From an uncultured Acidobacteriota bacterium (lineage in GTDB: Bacteria; Acidobacteriota; UBA6911), in contig CAWEJX010000007.1 in NCBI GenBank assembly GCA_963809485.1, positions 726,673 to 790,672 on the forward strand: DNA of 64,000 nt, in the 5' to 3' direction. How positions within the stretch are numbered: the stretch's first letter is position 1; each line of letters begins with the position of its first letter. Under the pieces are notes generated by a model. It searched no databases, was not told where the DNA came from, and was given only the letters and a program-made list of their open reading frames with translations. The position numbers and the translations under genes are program-made. Below, in pieces: positions 42,848-51,371 of the stretch.

Positions 42848-44140
42848 CAAGTGCATCACATTGTCGCCGCCCGCGGCAACTTCGGAGGCGATGATGCCGT
42901 CCCGGTCGACGACAACGGCGGATGGTGTGCCGCTGACGCCAAATGCATGCGCGGTGGCGAATTCGGCGTCCAGGACCACAGGCGATCGGAAACCCTGCGC
43001 GCGGTTTTCATCGGCGCTTCCGGTGGAAACAATCAGCAGTTTGGGCGCATCGCGGTTTTCGGATTCCCACGCGCGGACTCGATCGAGCACCTGTTGGCAG
43101 TAGCCGCAGTTGGGATTCCAGAAGAGGATGGCGGTCGGGCTGCCGCGAAAGGACGCCAGATCGACGGTCTTGCCGTCCAGGCCGGGCAGGCGCACTTCGG
43201 GCGCGCGGTCGCCCTTCTTCGCCGCCGGGGGCAGGGCAGCCTGGCGCACAAGTTCGCGTATACGGTCGGATCCGGCGGCCACGGCGCTCGCGATCGTGCC
43301 GTCGGCGTTTATGAGCACGGCTCCCGGCGTGCCGCCGTACTGGTACGCTTCGGCGACGGGGTGTGTGGCGCCCGTTTCGCTGATGACCTGGATGGTCAGG
43401 CGGCCGGCGTGGCGCGTCAGCCAATCTTGTATTTCGGGCTGCAGCGCCTGGCACGGCGTGCAGTCGGGCTCGACAAAGATCAGCAGCACAGGCTTGTTCG
43501 CAGCGAGCAGGCTTTTCAGCGTCACGTTTTCGTGCGTGAAATCGGGCGCCGGCGAGCCCTGCGGCAGTCCGAGGGGAGGCGGGGCCGGGGCTTCGATGCC
43601 GAGCTTCGATTCGAGAGTTTCGATGCGCAGCATCAGGCGGCCGTTCTGCCGCAGCAGGTAGATCAAAATCCACAGGTTCAGCGCCGCCAGGGCTGCGATG
43701 GCCGGCCACCAGCCGATTTCGGGCTGCGGGTAGGCGGGTCCGCGCCACAGTATGAAAAGAGCGGCCGCGGCCAGCGCGTAATTGCGCGCCAATGTTTTCC
43801 AGCCGATGGGCGACGAGTGGATCTGCCCGAAGCAGTGGCAATCGGGCTTGCGGCCGAGTGCGAGGTTGAGGGAAATGCCCGCGATAAAGACCAGCAGCAG
43901 CGCGAGAGCCAGCGCCGCGCCATACCAGCCCGTGCGGCCGGGAACAAGCGCCGCCGCCGCAATCAGCTCGACAACAGGCACGGCGAGCCCGAAGAATCCC
44001 GCCAGGATCTTCGGGACCCCGAAGTCCCGCATCGACTTGCGCGAGCCCGCACGGTCCGCCAGCTTCGCAATCCCCGCCACCGCAAATACAGCACTTACGA
44101 TTACTCTCAGCAAGACAATGAATGCATTTATATATTCCAT
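42830..44140 (-). CDS. MauE/DoxX membrane domain fused to two thioredoxin-like (redoxin) domains
   Basis: AGIAKLAD..PDCHCFG..LARN; APDF..EPDCTPC..GTPGAVLI; GDRAPE..WNPNCGYC..GTPSAVVV. Confidence 0.88.
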   Translation of the reverse strand: MEYINAFIVLLRVIVSAVFAVAGIAKLADRAGSRKSMRDFGVPKILAGFFGLAVPVVELIAAAALVPGRTGWYGAALALALLLVFIAGISLNLALGRKPDCHCFGQIHSSPIGWKTLARNYALAAAALFILWRGPAYPQPEIGWWPAIAALAALNLWILIYLLRQNGRLMLRIETLESKLGIEAPAPPPLGLPQGSPAPDFTHENVTLKSLLAANKPVLLIFVEPDCTPCQALQPEIQDWLTRHAGRLTIQVISETGATHPVAEAYQYGGTPGAVLINADGTIASAVAAGSDRIRELVRQAALPPAAKKGDRAPEVRLPGLDGKTVDLASFRGSPTAILFWNPNCGYCQQVLDRVRAWESENRDAPKLLIVSTGSADENRAQGFRSPVVLDAEFATAHAFGVSGTPSAVVVDRDGIIASEVAAGGDNVMHLLNVER

Positions 44141-44186
44141 TTTTTTTCAGCGTGTGTCGGCGTTCTGTCAGCGTACGTCAGCGTTC
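44130..44186. repeat. Family A half element
   Basis: ttttttttcagcgtgtgtcggcgttctgtcagcgtacgtcagcgttc. Confidence 0.85.
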
Positions 44187-45485
44187 AAAGTTTTTCCCGC
44201 CATTATCGATGCAATCATGGTTGCGCAAAGCGCGTTTGCCGGCGCATAGAAATTGAAATTATACGTGCAATGGATCAGAAATGCCGCAAATCCTCCGATG
44301 CAGGCGATGGCCAGGGCGCCCTCTTCCGACGCGGGATCCTTCAGCGCGCGGCGAAATGCCGGGCGCAGAACGGCTGTCACAAGAACGACGCCGATAAGAA
44401 ATCCCACGATCCCCAGTTCCACGAGCAGCTGCAGGTAATCGTTGTGCGCGTAGTCGATCAGCCGGTCATGCATGATGTCGCTCGTGCGGTAAAGCGCGGA
44501 TTCAAAGCCGCCCAGCCCGCAGCCGAAGAAGGAGTAGTAGGGAAAAGCTTTGAGCGTCTCGCCCCAGAGCGCCGGACGCGATCCTTCGCCGAGCCGGGAT
44601 TCCCCGGCAAACCGCTCGACCACCGGGTCGGGCGGAATCAGCATAAACCCCATGATCGTCAGGGCAAGGACGGCGACGGCCGCTGCCCAGCGCCATCCGG
44701 GCCTCACCCTGCGGCTCATAAGCAGGATGCCCATGAAGCAGAGCGACGCCAGGCAGGAGATGAAGCCTCCGCCGGAGAGCGAAAAGGTGATGGCAAGGAA
44801 AATGGCCGCAGCCGCGGCGAGCAGGACGATGCCGGCGAAGGTTGATCCGCGGGTGGATTCGGAGCGTTTTTCGCGGCGCGCGAAGGTGACGGCATACATG
44901 ATGGCGAAGGGGAGCGCCATGCCCAGCAGGTCGGCGTAGTGGCTGTGATTGGGGTAGGTTCCCTGGGCCATGCGGGTTCCGCCGGTGCCTTCCCAGTATT
45001 GCAGCAGGCCGAGGACGGCCTCGAGGGTGGCGACGACGAGGATGGGGATGGCCGCGCCCCAGCCTTTGATGCGGCGCATGGTCAGGAAGACGAGCGTATA
45101 GGCGATGACGCGGAACAGGTGTCCCAGGGTCGCGCCGGGCAGGACGCTGATCGATGCCCAGTTCATGGGCGGCAATAGATTGCCCAGGGCGTCCACGTGC
45201 TCGGCCCGCACCGGCGACAACACACGCAGGGCGGCGACGGGGACGGGCACGGTCTGCAGGATGATGTAGCAGGGAAGCAGGACCAGCGGCCAGAAAATCC
45301 AGCGGTCCAGCGGGAGCGCGTCTTTGCGGGCGAAGCGCCCAGTAAACGAGCGAAAGCAGCCCGATCGCGAGCAGGCTGTAGTTCAGCTCCCGCTCGAGAA
45401 ATCCCCCATGCGCATACGCCGTGTACCCCAGCACCAGCGTCATCCCGCCCAGGTAGATGCCCCTTAATCGAGACGAATAGTCCAT
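44168..45485 (-). CDS. O-antigen ligase family protein, one frameshift near 45325
   Basis: GTYPNHSHYA, SLSGGG, GCGLGGF, YAHNDYLQLLVELG; hydrophobic N-terminus lies in another frame. Confidence 0.82.
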
Positions 45486-45494
45486 ATTGTTTCT

Positions 45495-45598
45495 TTAACG
45501 CTGACGTACGCCGACAAAACGCTGACACACGCCGAAAAAATTTATATATATATATTTTTTCAGCGTAAGTCAGCGTCCTTCAGCGTAAGTCAGCGTTA
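45495..45598. repeat. Family A palindromic repeat
   Basis: ttaacgctgacgtacgccgacaaaacgctgacacacgccgaaaaaatttatatatatatatttttt..gtcagcgtta. Confidence 0.92.
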
Positions 45599-46730
45599 TA
45601 TCATCGAGCCACACGCGCCCCTTAATCAGGTTATCGAATTTCTCGGACTTGTCGCGGACGACTTCGATGCGCACTCTCTCGGTATCTTCCCCGACCACCA
45701 ATTGCGCACCCAATTCGGTCCAGCCGTTGGTTCCCGTCAGCTGTTCGGTACGGTAATTCAGGCGGCCGGGCGAATCGGCGTCGTAGATACGCAGCGCGAT
45801 GCCCTTGTCGGTCGAGATATCTTCCGTGCGCACGAAGGCGCGGAAGCGGTAAGCTCCCATGCCGAGCAGGGTATCCTGGGCCACGTGGCGGAAGGCGACG
45901 TTGGTGTCGCCGGAAAATTCGATGCGCAGCGAATATTTGCCTGAATGAGCGGTGTCGATATCGCGGGCGGCTTCCACTCCTTTGGCGCGGCTGATTCTCC
46001 AGTCGAAGAGGGAGCCGGACGGCTCGTCCTCGAATCCTCCGTTGTAGATAAACTCCGTTGACAGGTAATTGCCGCGCTGAGTGCCCAGGGTGGCAAGCCG
46101 CAGTTCGCGCGCCTGGCCGTAATCCTGAATCCTTACGAGGTAATCGATGTAGAGGTCGGTCAGTTCGCGGTCGGGAATATTGCGTTCGGAGAGCCATGTC
46201 CAGGCCTGGCGGATCGTCTCGGGTTCGTTGCTCCGCAGGAGAATGCGGAAATAGGCACACGCGATAGGGGGATCGTCGGGCAGGCCGTAGTTGAGGGTGT
46301 CGATCAGCCGGTAACTGCTCGAGGTATAGGATTCGAGGATGCTCTGGGCGTAGGAGGGGGCGAGGTGGAGGATGCGGGCGGAGCATTTCAATGATTCGGT
46401 GCGTTCCCCGATGCGGTCGTAGAAGCGCGAGACTAGGGACAAATTGGAAACGAGGTTCGGCCCCAGGACCAGGGCGCGTTCGAAGCACGTCCGGGCGTCT
46501 TCGACGTAGCCGTTATCGAGCAGGGCGGCGCCCAGTTCGCACCAGCGGAAGGGCGACGCGGGATTGCGCGCAAGCGCCTGCGGCAGAAGTTCGGGGCGTT
46601 CCGAGGCCATTTCGGCCAGACGTTCGTCCGACCAGCTGACGGCGCTGATCCTCGGCGGCTCGAGTATGCGGGCGAGGGCGAACCCAGAGAGGACCGCTGC
46701 CAGGAAAATGCAGGTTGCTTTAAAGATCAT
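45570..46730 (-). CDS. TPR-containing protein with C-terminal carbohydrate-binding-like beta domain
   Basis: ALARNPASPFRWCELG..CFERALVLGP; IYNGGFE..FDW..AHSGKYSLRI..GRVWLDDI. Confidence 0.72.
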   Translation of the reverse strand: MIFKATCIFLAAVLSGFALARILEPPRISAVSWSDERLAEMASERPELLPQALARNPASPFRWCELGAALLDNGYVEDARTCFERALVLGPNLVSNLSLVSRFYDRIGERTESLKCSARILHLAPSYAQSILESYTSSSYRLIDTLNYGLPDDPPIACAYFRILLRSNEPETIRQAWTWLSERNIPDRELTDLYIDYLVRIQDYGQARELRLATLGTQRGNYLSTEFIYNGGFEDEPSGSLFDWRISRAKGVEAARDIDTAHSGKYSLRIEFSGDTNVAFRHVAQDTLLGMGAYRFRAFVRTEDISTDKGIALRIYDADSPGRLNYRTEQLTGTNGWTELGAQLVVGEDTERVRIEVVRDKSEKFDNLIKGRVWLDDITLTYAEGR

Positions 46731-46825
46731 TCTGTCCCGAAACATTTTCCGGTGCCAAGATTGGCCCCAAAATTTTTTAACGCAGAATATGTTTTCCATC
46801 GATAAGGAGGTTCAGGAGGAAAACC

Positions 46826-47329
46826 ATGTCCGACCGCTTTCTCGATGACATTTCGCGCATCCTGGCAAGCCCGATGCCCAGGCGCCGCATGGTGAAGCTG
46901 ATTGCGGGAGGATTCGGGGCTGCTGCCGCCGCCATCGTCGGGGGCAGGGAAGCCAGGGCTGCATGCAAGCCGATTGAGGCCAACTGCGGCAACCTGTGCT
47001 GCAAGAAGAGCGAAATGTGCGTCACGGAAAAGGGCGTAAAGGTCTGCAGGCCCAAAGGCCTCACATGGAATTTCGCGTCCACTGCCGGAACCGTGGGAGC
47101 GTCCGGCGGCGCGGTTTTCGGCGCCGTGGCGGGAGGGCAAGGCTGCAAGAAGAACGAGGTTGTTTGCGGCCAGATCTGCTGTCCGCACGGGCACGTGTGC
47201 ACAAGCCCTGGAAACTGCTGCCCGCCCGGGCATGTTTGCGGCAATCTCTGCTGCCCGACGGGGAACAGCTGCGTTTATGAAAACGGTGCGTATCGCTGCG
47301 AGCCCAAGCATCCCTCAGCCTCGAAATAA
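46826..47329 (+). CDS. Cys-rich (18 Cys) exported protein with twin-Arg-type leader
   Basis: AGGAGG RBS; leader LDDISRILASPMPRRRMVKLIAGG..EARA; repeated C-x-CG-x-CC-P units. Confidence 0.85.
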   Translation: MSDRFLDDISRILASPMPRRRMVKLIAGGFGAAAAAIVGGREARAACKPIEANCGNLCCKKSEMCVTEKGVKVCRPKGLTWNFASTAGTVGASGGAVFGAVAGGQGCKKNEVVCGQICCPHGHVCTSPGNCCPPGHVCGNLCCPTGNSCVYENGAYRCEPKHPSASK

Positions 47330-47475
47330 TAACGAATTGCGAATTGGATTTTTCGCAAATTATTTGTAATACAAACTGCATACAAAAATCTCACTTCAGC
47401 GATAAATAATGCTGTGTCTGCCGGCTCCAATTTCATAGAATATCAACATATAGATTTGCCATTTGGAGGCAAGAC

Positions 47476-47805
47476 ATGGCCGCCGACAGACTGCTCGATA
47501 CCATTTCGCGTACCCTTGCTTCGCCGATTCCGCGCCGGAGCGCGGTGAAACTGATTGCGGGGGGCATAGGGGCTGCGGCCGCGGCATTTTTCAGCGGCAG
47601 GGAAGCGCGCGCGGAGTGCAAGAAGAACGAGATCGTTTGCGGCCAGAGCTGCTGCCCGCACGGGCATGTTTGTACGAGCCCTGGGGTCTGCTGTCCGCCG
47701 GGGCACGTATGCGGCAACCTGTGCTGCCCGACGGGAAACAGCTGCGTCGAGGAAAACGGCCGGTATCACTGCCGGTCGAAAAAACCCTCGAAGAGCGACC
47801 GATAA
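47476..47805 (+). CDS. Cys-rich (12 Cys) exported protein, paralog of 46826-47329
   Basis: GGAGG RBS; leader LLDTISRTLASPIPRRSAVKLIAGG..EARA; mature CKKNEIVCGQSCCPHGHVC.. is nearly identical to the C-terminal half of the paralog. Confidence 0.85.
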   Translation: MAADRLLDTISRTLASPIPRRSAVKLIAGGIGAAAAAFFSGREARAECKKNEIVCGQSCCPHGHVCTSPGVCCPPGHVCGNLCCPTGNSCVEENGRYHCRSKKPSKSDR

Positions 47806-47882
47806 AACGTTGAACGTTTGAACGTTTGCACGTTATAACGTTCCAACGTTCCAACCTTTCACGTTTCACGTTTCACGTTCCA
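47804..47882. repeat. Family B AACGTT array
   Basis: aaacgttgaacgtttgaacgtttg..aacgttccaacgttccaacctttcacgtttcacgtttcacgttc. Confidence 0.85.
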
Positions 47883-48341
47883 CATTATTTCATACGCCCG
47901 GAGCACCTCCATATCGGGCCGGCAATCTCTTTTTGTGATGAGGATATCTGAGGCTTTTTCCGCCGACATGGAATAGGTCTTCATAAGGTAAGCGGCGGCG
48001 ACGGTGGGGCTGCGGATGATGCCTGCGGAGCAGTGCAGGTAGAGTCTGGCCCAGGCGGGGGCGAGGGCGGCTTCGACGACGGAGACGCAGGTCGGCAGCT
48101 GGAGCGTGAGGTCTGCGCGGTTGAACTCCTCGACGGGCACCCATCGGATATCGATGCTGACGTCTTCGAGGGCGCGTACGAGCTTGTCCTGGGATATGCC
48201 GTATCGTTTAAGGTCGGCCTCGGTCTGGAGGCTGACGACGATGGTGATGCCCATGCGCTGCAGCTGCCGGGCGTCGCCCGGCCGCGCCACGCACCCCACC
48301 CACAGCCTCCCGTCGATGATCTGGTTGTAGTCAGCAAGCAT
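47859..48341 (-). CDS. Dual-specificity protein phosphatase family
   Basis: LYLHCSAGIIRSPT (HCx5R), LWVG, VVSLQ. Confidence 0.88.
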   Translation of the reverse strand: MLADYNQIIDGRLWVGCVARPGDARQLQRMGITIVVSLQTEADLKRYGISQDKLVRALEDVSIDIRWVPVEEFNRADLTLQLPTCVSVVEAALAPAWARLYLHCSAGIIRSPTVAAAYLMKTYSMSAEKASDILITKRDCRPDMEVLRAYEIMWNVKRET

Positions 48342-48486
48342 GATGGTTCCAGGTTACAGGTTGAACGTCGAACGTGGAATCCCCGACGCAACCCCTGCGG
48401 CGCAGATTTTTTGTTCGGATCCCGTACTCCAGGCCTGTCCGGCTTTCTCTGAATCTTACACTCGCAACGTTCAAGGGTACCAACGT

Positions 48487-48822
48487 TCAGTATATGCAGG
48501 CGTCAAGAACGGCGAGAACTTCGTCCATCATGCCATGAGAAGCTGTGCCTATAGGACTGGCTTGGCGGGCTCGAAAATCGATGGACTTGACCTGTTCAAC
48601 CATTACAAATCCGGTTACTTTGGATTTGTCTTCTATGGGGATATGGAAGGGGAAACGGCGGTTGGAGCCTGTTATGGGGCAAACGATCGCGAGGCCGGTG
48701 CGTTCGTTGAACAGCGTGTTGCTCACGACCAGCGCGGGCCGACGGCCCTTCTGTTCATGGCCGGACTGAGGATCCAGGGTGACGGCGATGAAGTCTCCTT
48801 TTTGCGGGACATAGCGGGACAT
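48487..48822 (-). CDS. mazF: PemK/MazF family toxin
   Basis: YVPQKGD..DPQSGHEQKGRRPALVVS..CPIT..EQVKSID. Confidence 0.93.
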   Translation of the reverse strand: MSRYVPQKGDFIAVTLDPQSGHEQKGRRPALVVSNTLFNERTGLAIVCPITGSNRRFPFHIPIEDKSKVTGFVMVEQVKSIDFRARQASPIGTASHGMMDEVLAVLDACIY

Positions 48823-49071
48823 TTACCAGACCTCGCCCCCGACCGGCTTTCCCCAGTCGATTTCATCCGCTTTATAGCTCTTGGGGATGCGGGACACCAG
48901 GTTTTGCAGGCTTTGCTTGCCCCGCACCCTGCGGAGGGGCGCGATGACGATCATGCCCTCGCGGGCGGTCACGTCAACCTCGTCGCCAACCAGGATGCGC
49001 GCACCCTCAAGCACCTGTTTGGCGATGCAGAGCCCCTGACTGTTCCCCCATTTCCTGATTTTAGTCACCAT
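48823..49071 (-). CDS. mazE: AbrB/MazE family antitoxin
   Basis: MVTKIRKWGNSQGL..IDWGKPVGGEVW; AGGAG RBS. Confidence 0.92.
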   Translation of the reverse strand: MVTKIRKWGNSQGLCIAKQVLEGARILVGDEVDVTAREGMIVIAPLRRVRGKQSLQNLVSRIPKSYKADEIDWGKPVGGEVW

Positions 49072-49134
49072 CGGCGCTCCTCCTAAGTCTATACAATGTA
49101 TAGACCAAATTCTGAATTCGGTCAACTCGCCTCT

Positions 49135-49300
49135 ACTGTTTCGCCGCCGACCCTTTTATTTCACCGGAATTGCGGATAAGTTTTGGTGAGGACGGGTTTC
49201 CAGCACCGTCCTTCCTGGGGCAGTGGATTTTTCCCGCAAGCGAGTCTTGACGAGCAGGTCTCCTGTTCGCTTAGTGGGGGAGAAAAGCGCCAAAGAAGCC
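49135..49300 (-). pseudogene. Rpn upstream module + REP-like hairpin + Rpn N-terminal remnant
   Basis: tactgtttcgccgccg... matches the sequence upstream of the Rpn genes (59486, 61376); KRTGDLLVKTR resembles Rpn KRTGDLLAK. Confidence 0.55.
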
Positions 49301-49301
49301 T

Positions 49302-49385
49302 GTAACGCTGACCTACGCCGACAAAACGCCGACGTACGCTGAAAAGGCATTTAAATATTTTTTTGTCAGCGTCTGTCAGCGTTCA
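49302..49385. repeat. Family A palindromic repeat
   Basis: gtaacgctgacctacgccgacaaaacgccgacgtacgctgaaaaggcatttaaatattt..gtcagcgtt. Confidence 0.9.
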
Positions 49386-49542
49386 TTCCACGTTTCACGC
49401 TTCTGAAGGGAATCTCCAAAACTCCCACTCGCCTCCTGCTAAAAATCGCCTGACCCTCGCTCCCGAAACCTCCGACCATTTTTTCGGCTGCAAACGTTTT
49501 TATCTTGGAGCTGCTATATAATACGCAAAGGAGGTTTTAACC

Positions 49543-49797
49543 ATGCGACTCATCCCCTACACGAGCGAACTGTTTGAGGAAGACGGACAGGTTGTGGCGC
49601 TATGTCCGGAACTGAATGTATCGAGTTATGGCGACACTTCAGTGGAAGCGCTCAATTCGCTAAAGGAGGCGGTGGAGCTTTTTCTGGAGGAATGTCGGAG
49701 AATGGGCACGCTGGATATAGTTTTGGAAGAGGCCGGGTACCGTCGTGAACCGGGCAACAGTGATCGGTATTTTGAGTTGCTTGACCAGATAAAATAG
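49543..49797 (+). CDS. HicB family antitoxin (no adjacent HicA)
   Basis: GGAGG RBS; VVALCPELNVSSYGDTSVEALNSLKEAVELFLE. Confidence 0.88.
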   Translation: MRLIPYTSELFEEDGQVVALCPELNVSSYGDTSVEALNSLKEAVELFLEECRRMGTLDIVLEEAGYRREPGNSDRYFELLDQIK

Positions 49798-49894
49798 TGC
49801 CCTGACCCTATCAGCTAATCCCGAGCCCGTCTATTTACAGCTTTTCAGCGCCCTCTATTATTTCGCAACCATCAGGCAAGGTCAGCGGGAGACG

Positions 49895-50000
49895 CAAAAT
49901 CGAGCACCCGTTTATTGGGGAAGCGGATTTCTCCCGGAAGCGAGTCTTGACGAGCAGGTCTCCTGTTCGCTTTGCGGCGAGAAATGCGCCCAAAAAGCCC
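49895..50000 (-). pseudogene. Second internally deleted Rpn remnant
   Basis: KRTGDLLVKTRFREK joined directly to tttattggggaagcggattt, which matches Rpn at ~59082 (IRFPNK codons). Confidence 0.55.
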
Positions 50001-50001
50001 G

Positions 50002-50102
50002 TAACGCTGACGCACGCTGACAAAACACCGACGAACGCTGAAAAAAACTATATATATTTTGGGTCGGCGTGCGTCCGCGTTTTGTCAGCGTATGTCAGCG
50101 TT
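50002..50102. repeat. Family A palindromic repeat
   Basis: taacgctgacgcacgctgacaaaacaccgacgaacgctgaaaaaaactatatatatttt..gtcagcgtt. Confidence 0.9.
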
Positions 50103-50307
50103 CTTTCCACGTTCAACGCTTTTTATTGTTGCGCAGCCATCAGGCCAGGGGGCTTGCAGATGCGTTGATAGAGCTGATGTTTTTTGTTTACCATACCGTC
50201 ATTTTACGCCGTTTTTCGACGTCAAACCATGCATCCTTCCCAGCCTCCGACTTTTTAGAGCGTCAACCTGCCGATGTGTAATGCAAAACGCCGTAAGAAT
50301 TAGAATC

Positions 50308-50389
50308 GTGAGGACGGCTCTCCAGAGCCGTCCGATGGGCGAATGACTGGTAGTCGCCTAATCGGACGGGTCTGGAGACCCGTCCTCAC
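50308..50389. repeat. Family C REP-like inverted doublet
   Basis: gtgaggacggctctccagagccgtccgatggg..aatcggacgggtctggagacccgtcctcac; arms identical to 35426-35507. Confidence 0.88.
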
Positions 50390-50404
50390 GAAAAACTTAC
50401 CAAG

Positions 50405-50806
50405 CTATTTTGCCCAATTCCCGATTTTCAGATCCGGCACGCGACGGAACTCTTTTTCATTGTTGGTGACGAGCGTGCAAGGGATTGAGAGCGCGTGAGC
50501 GGCGATCAGCATATCGAGTGAGCCCATGGGCGTACTCTGTTTTTCCAGATGGGCTCTCAGATCGCCGTAGCATAGAGCGGCTTCATCGTCATAGGGCGCG
50601 ATCTCCAGCGGCGCAACAAACTGGGTCAAGGCCATCAGGTTCTGTTGAGGCCTGGAGCTCTTTGAAACACCGTAATAGAGCTCGCTCAGGGTAATGGACG
50701 AAATGCCGATTTGCGAAATTGCAGATCGTTTAAAGCGTCTTATCACATCCGGGGGAGCGCCCTTGATGATGTATATACAGGTGTTTGTATCAAGCATGAA
50801 CTCCAT
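50405..50806 (-). CDS. vapC: VapC PIN toxin
   Basis: MLDTNTCIYI, ITLSELYYG, DMLIAAHA, LVTNNEKEF. Confidence 0.95.
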   Translation of the reverse strand: MEFMLDTNTCIYIIKGAPPDVIRRFKRSAISQIGISSITLSELYYGVSKSSRPQQNLMALTQFVAPLEIAPYDDEAALCYGDLRAHLEKQSTPMGSLDMLIAAHALSIPCTLVTNNEKEFRRVPDLKIGNWAK

Positions 50807-51039
50807 CAGAATCGCTCGCGGGGATGCTGATGGGGTTGATTTCTGTTTTCCAGGTAGTCGTCGGTAAACTGGTCAAGGCTATGGATGAGTGGGGACCAGG
50901 GATCGTCTGCCGGAAGGAGGACGACCATCCTGCCGATTTTTTTTACATAGACATCTTTCCCGGAAAACCTGAGATCTTTCGGCAACCTTACCGCCTGGCT
51001 GCGGCCATTCGTGAATATCCTAGCCGTCCGCATGACCAT
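50806..51039 (-). CDS. vapB: VapB antitoxin (AbrB type)
   Basis: TARIFTNGRSQAVRLPK. Confidence 0.93.
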   Translation of the reverse strand: MVMRTARIFTNGRSQAVRLPKDLRFSGKDVYVKKIGRMVVLLPADDPWSPLIHSLDQFTDDYLENRNQPHQHPRERF

Positions 51040-51112
51040 TCTCCGTTTCCATGATATATACCAAAGTATATATCAAATCCTGAGCTTTGTCAAAACCGGT
51101 TGCCTGTGCCCC

Positions 51113-51214
51113 TAACGCTGACATACGCTGACAAAACGCTGACATACGCTGAAAAGGCATTTAAATATTTTTTTGTCGGCGTGTGTCGGCGTTTTGTCAG
51201 CGTACGTCAGCGTT
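51113..51214. repeat. Family A palindromic repeat
   Basis: taacgctgacatacgctgacaaaacgctgacatacgctgaaaaggcatttaaatatt..gtcagcgtt. Confidence 0.92.
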
Positions 51215-51371
51215 CATTCCACGTTCCACATTTCAGACCATCGAAGTATTTCAGGCTATTGCTGATACGGCCCCTTCATAAATCCTGAGCCATTCTCCTA
51301 TCTTTTGACCTTTTTTAGCACAATCGTAAAATGGTCAAGACCATTTTACGATACCGGCTATTTTCGTTGGC

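Noticed and set aside
46826-47805. Diversity-generating retroelement or lanthipeptide/ranthipeptide cluster
   Set aside because: No reverse transcriptase, Lan enzyme or adjacent radical SAM; the anSME at 1787 is 44 kb away and looks like a typical sulfatase maturase.
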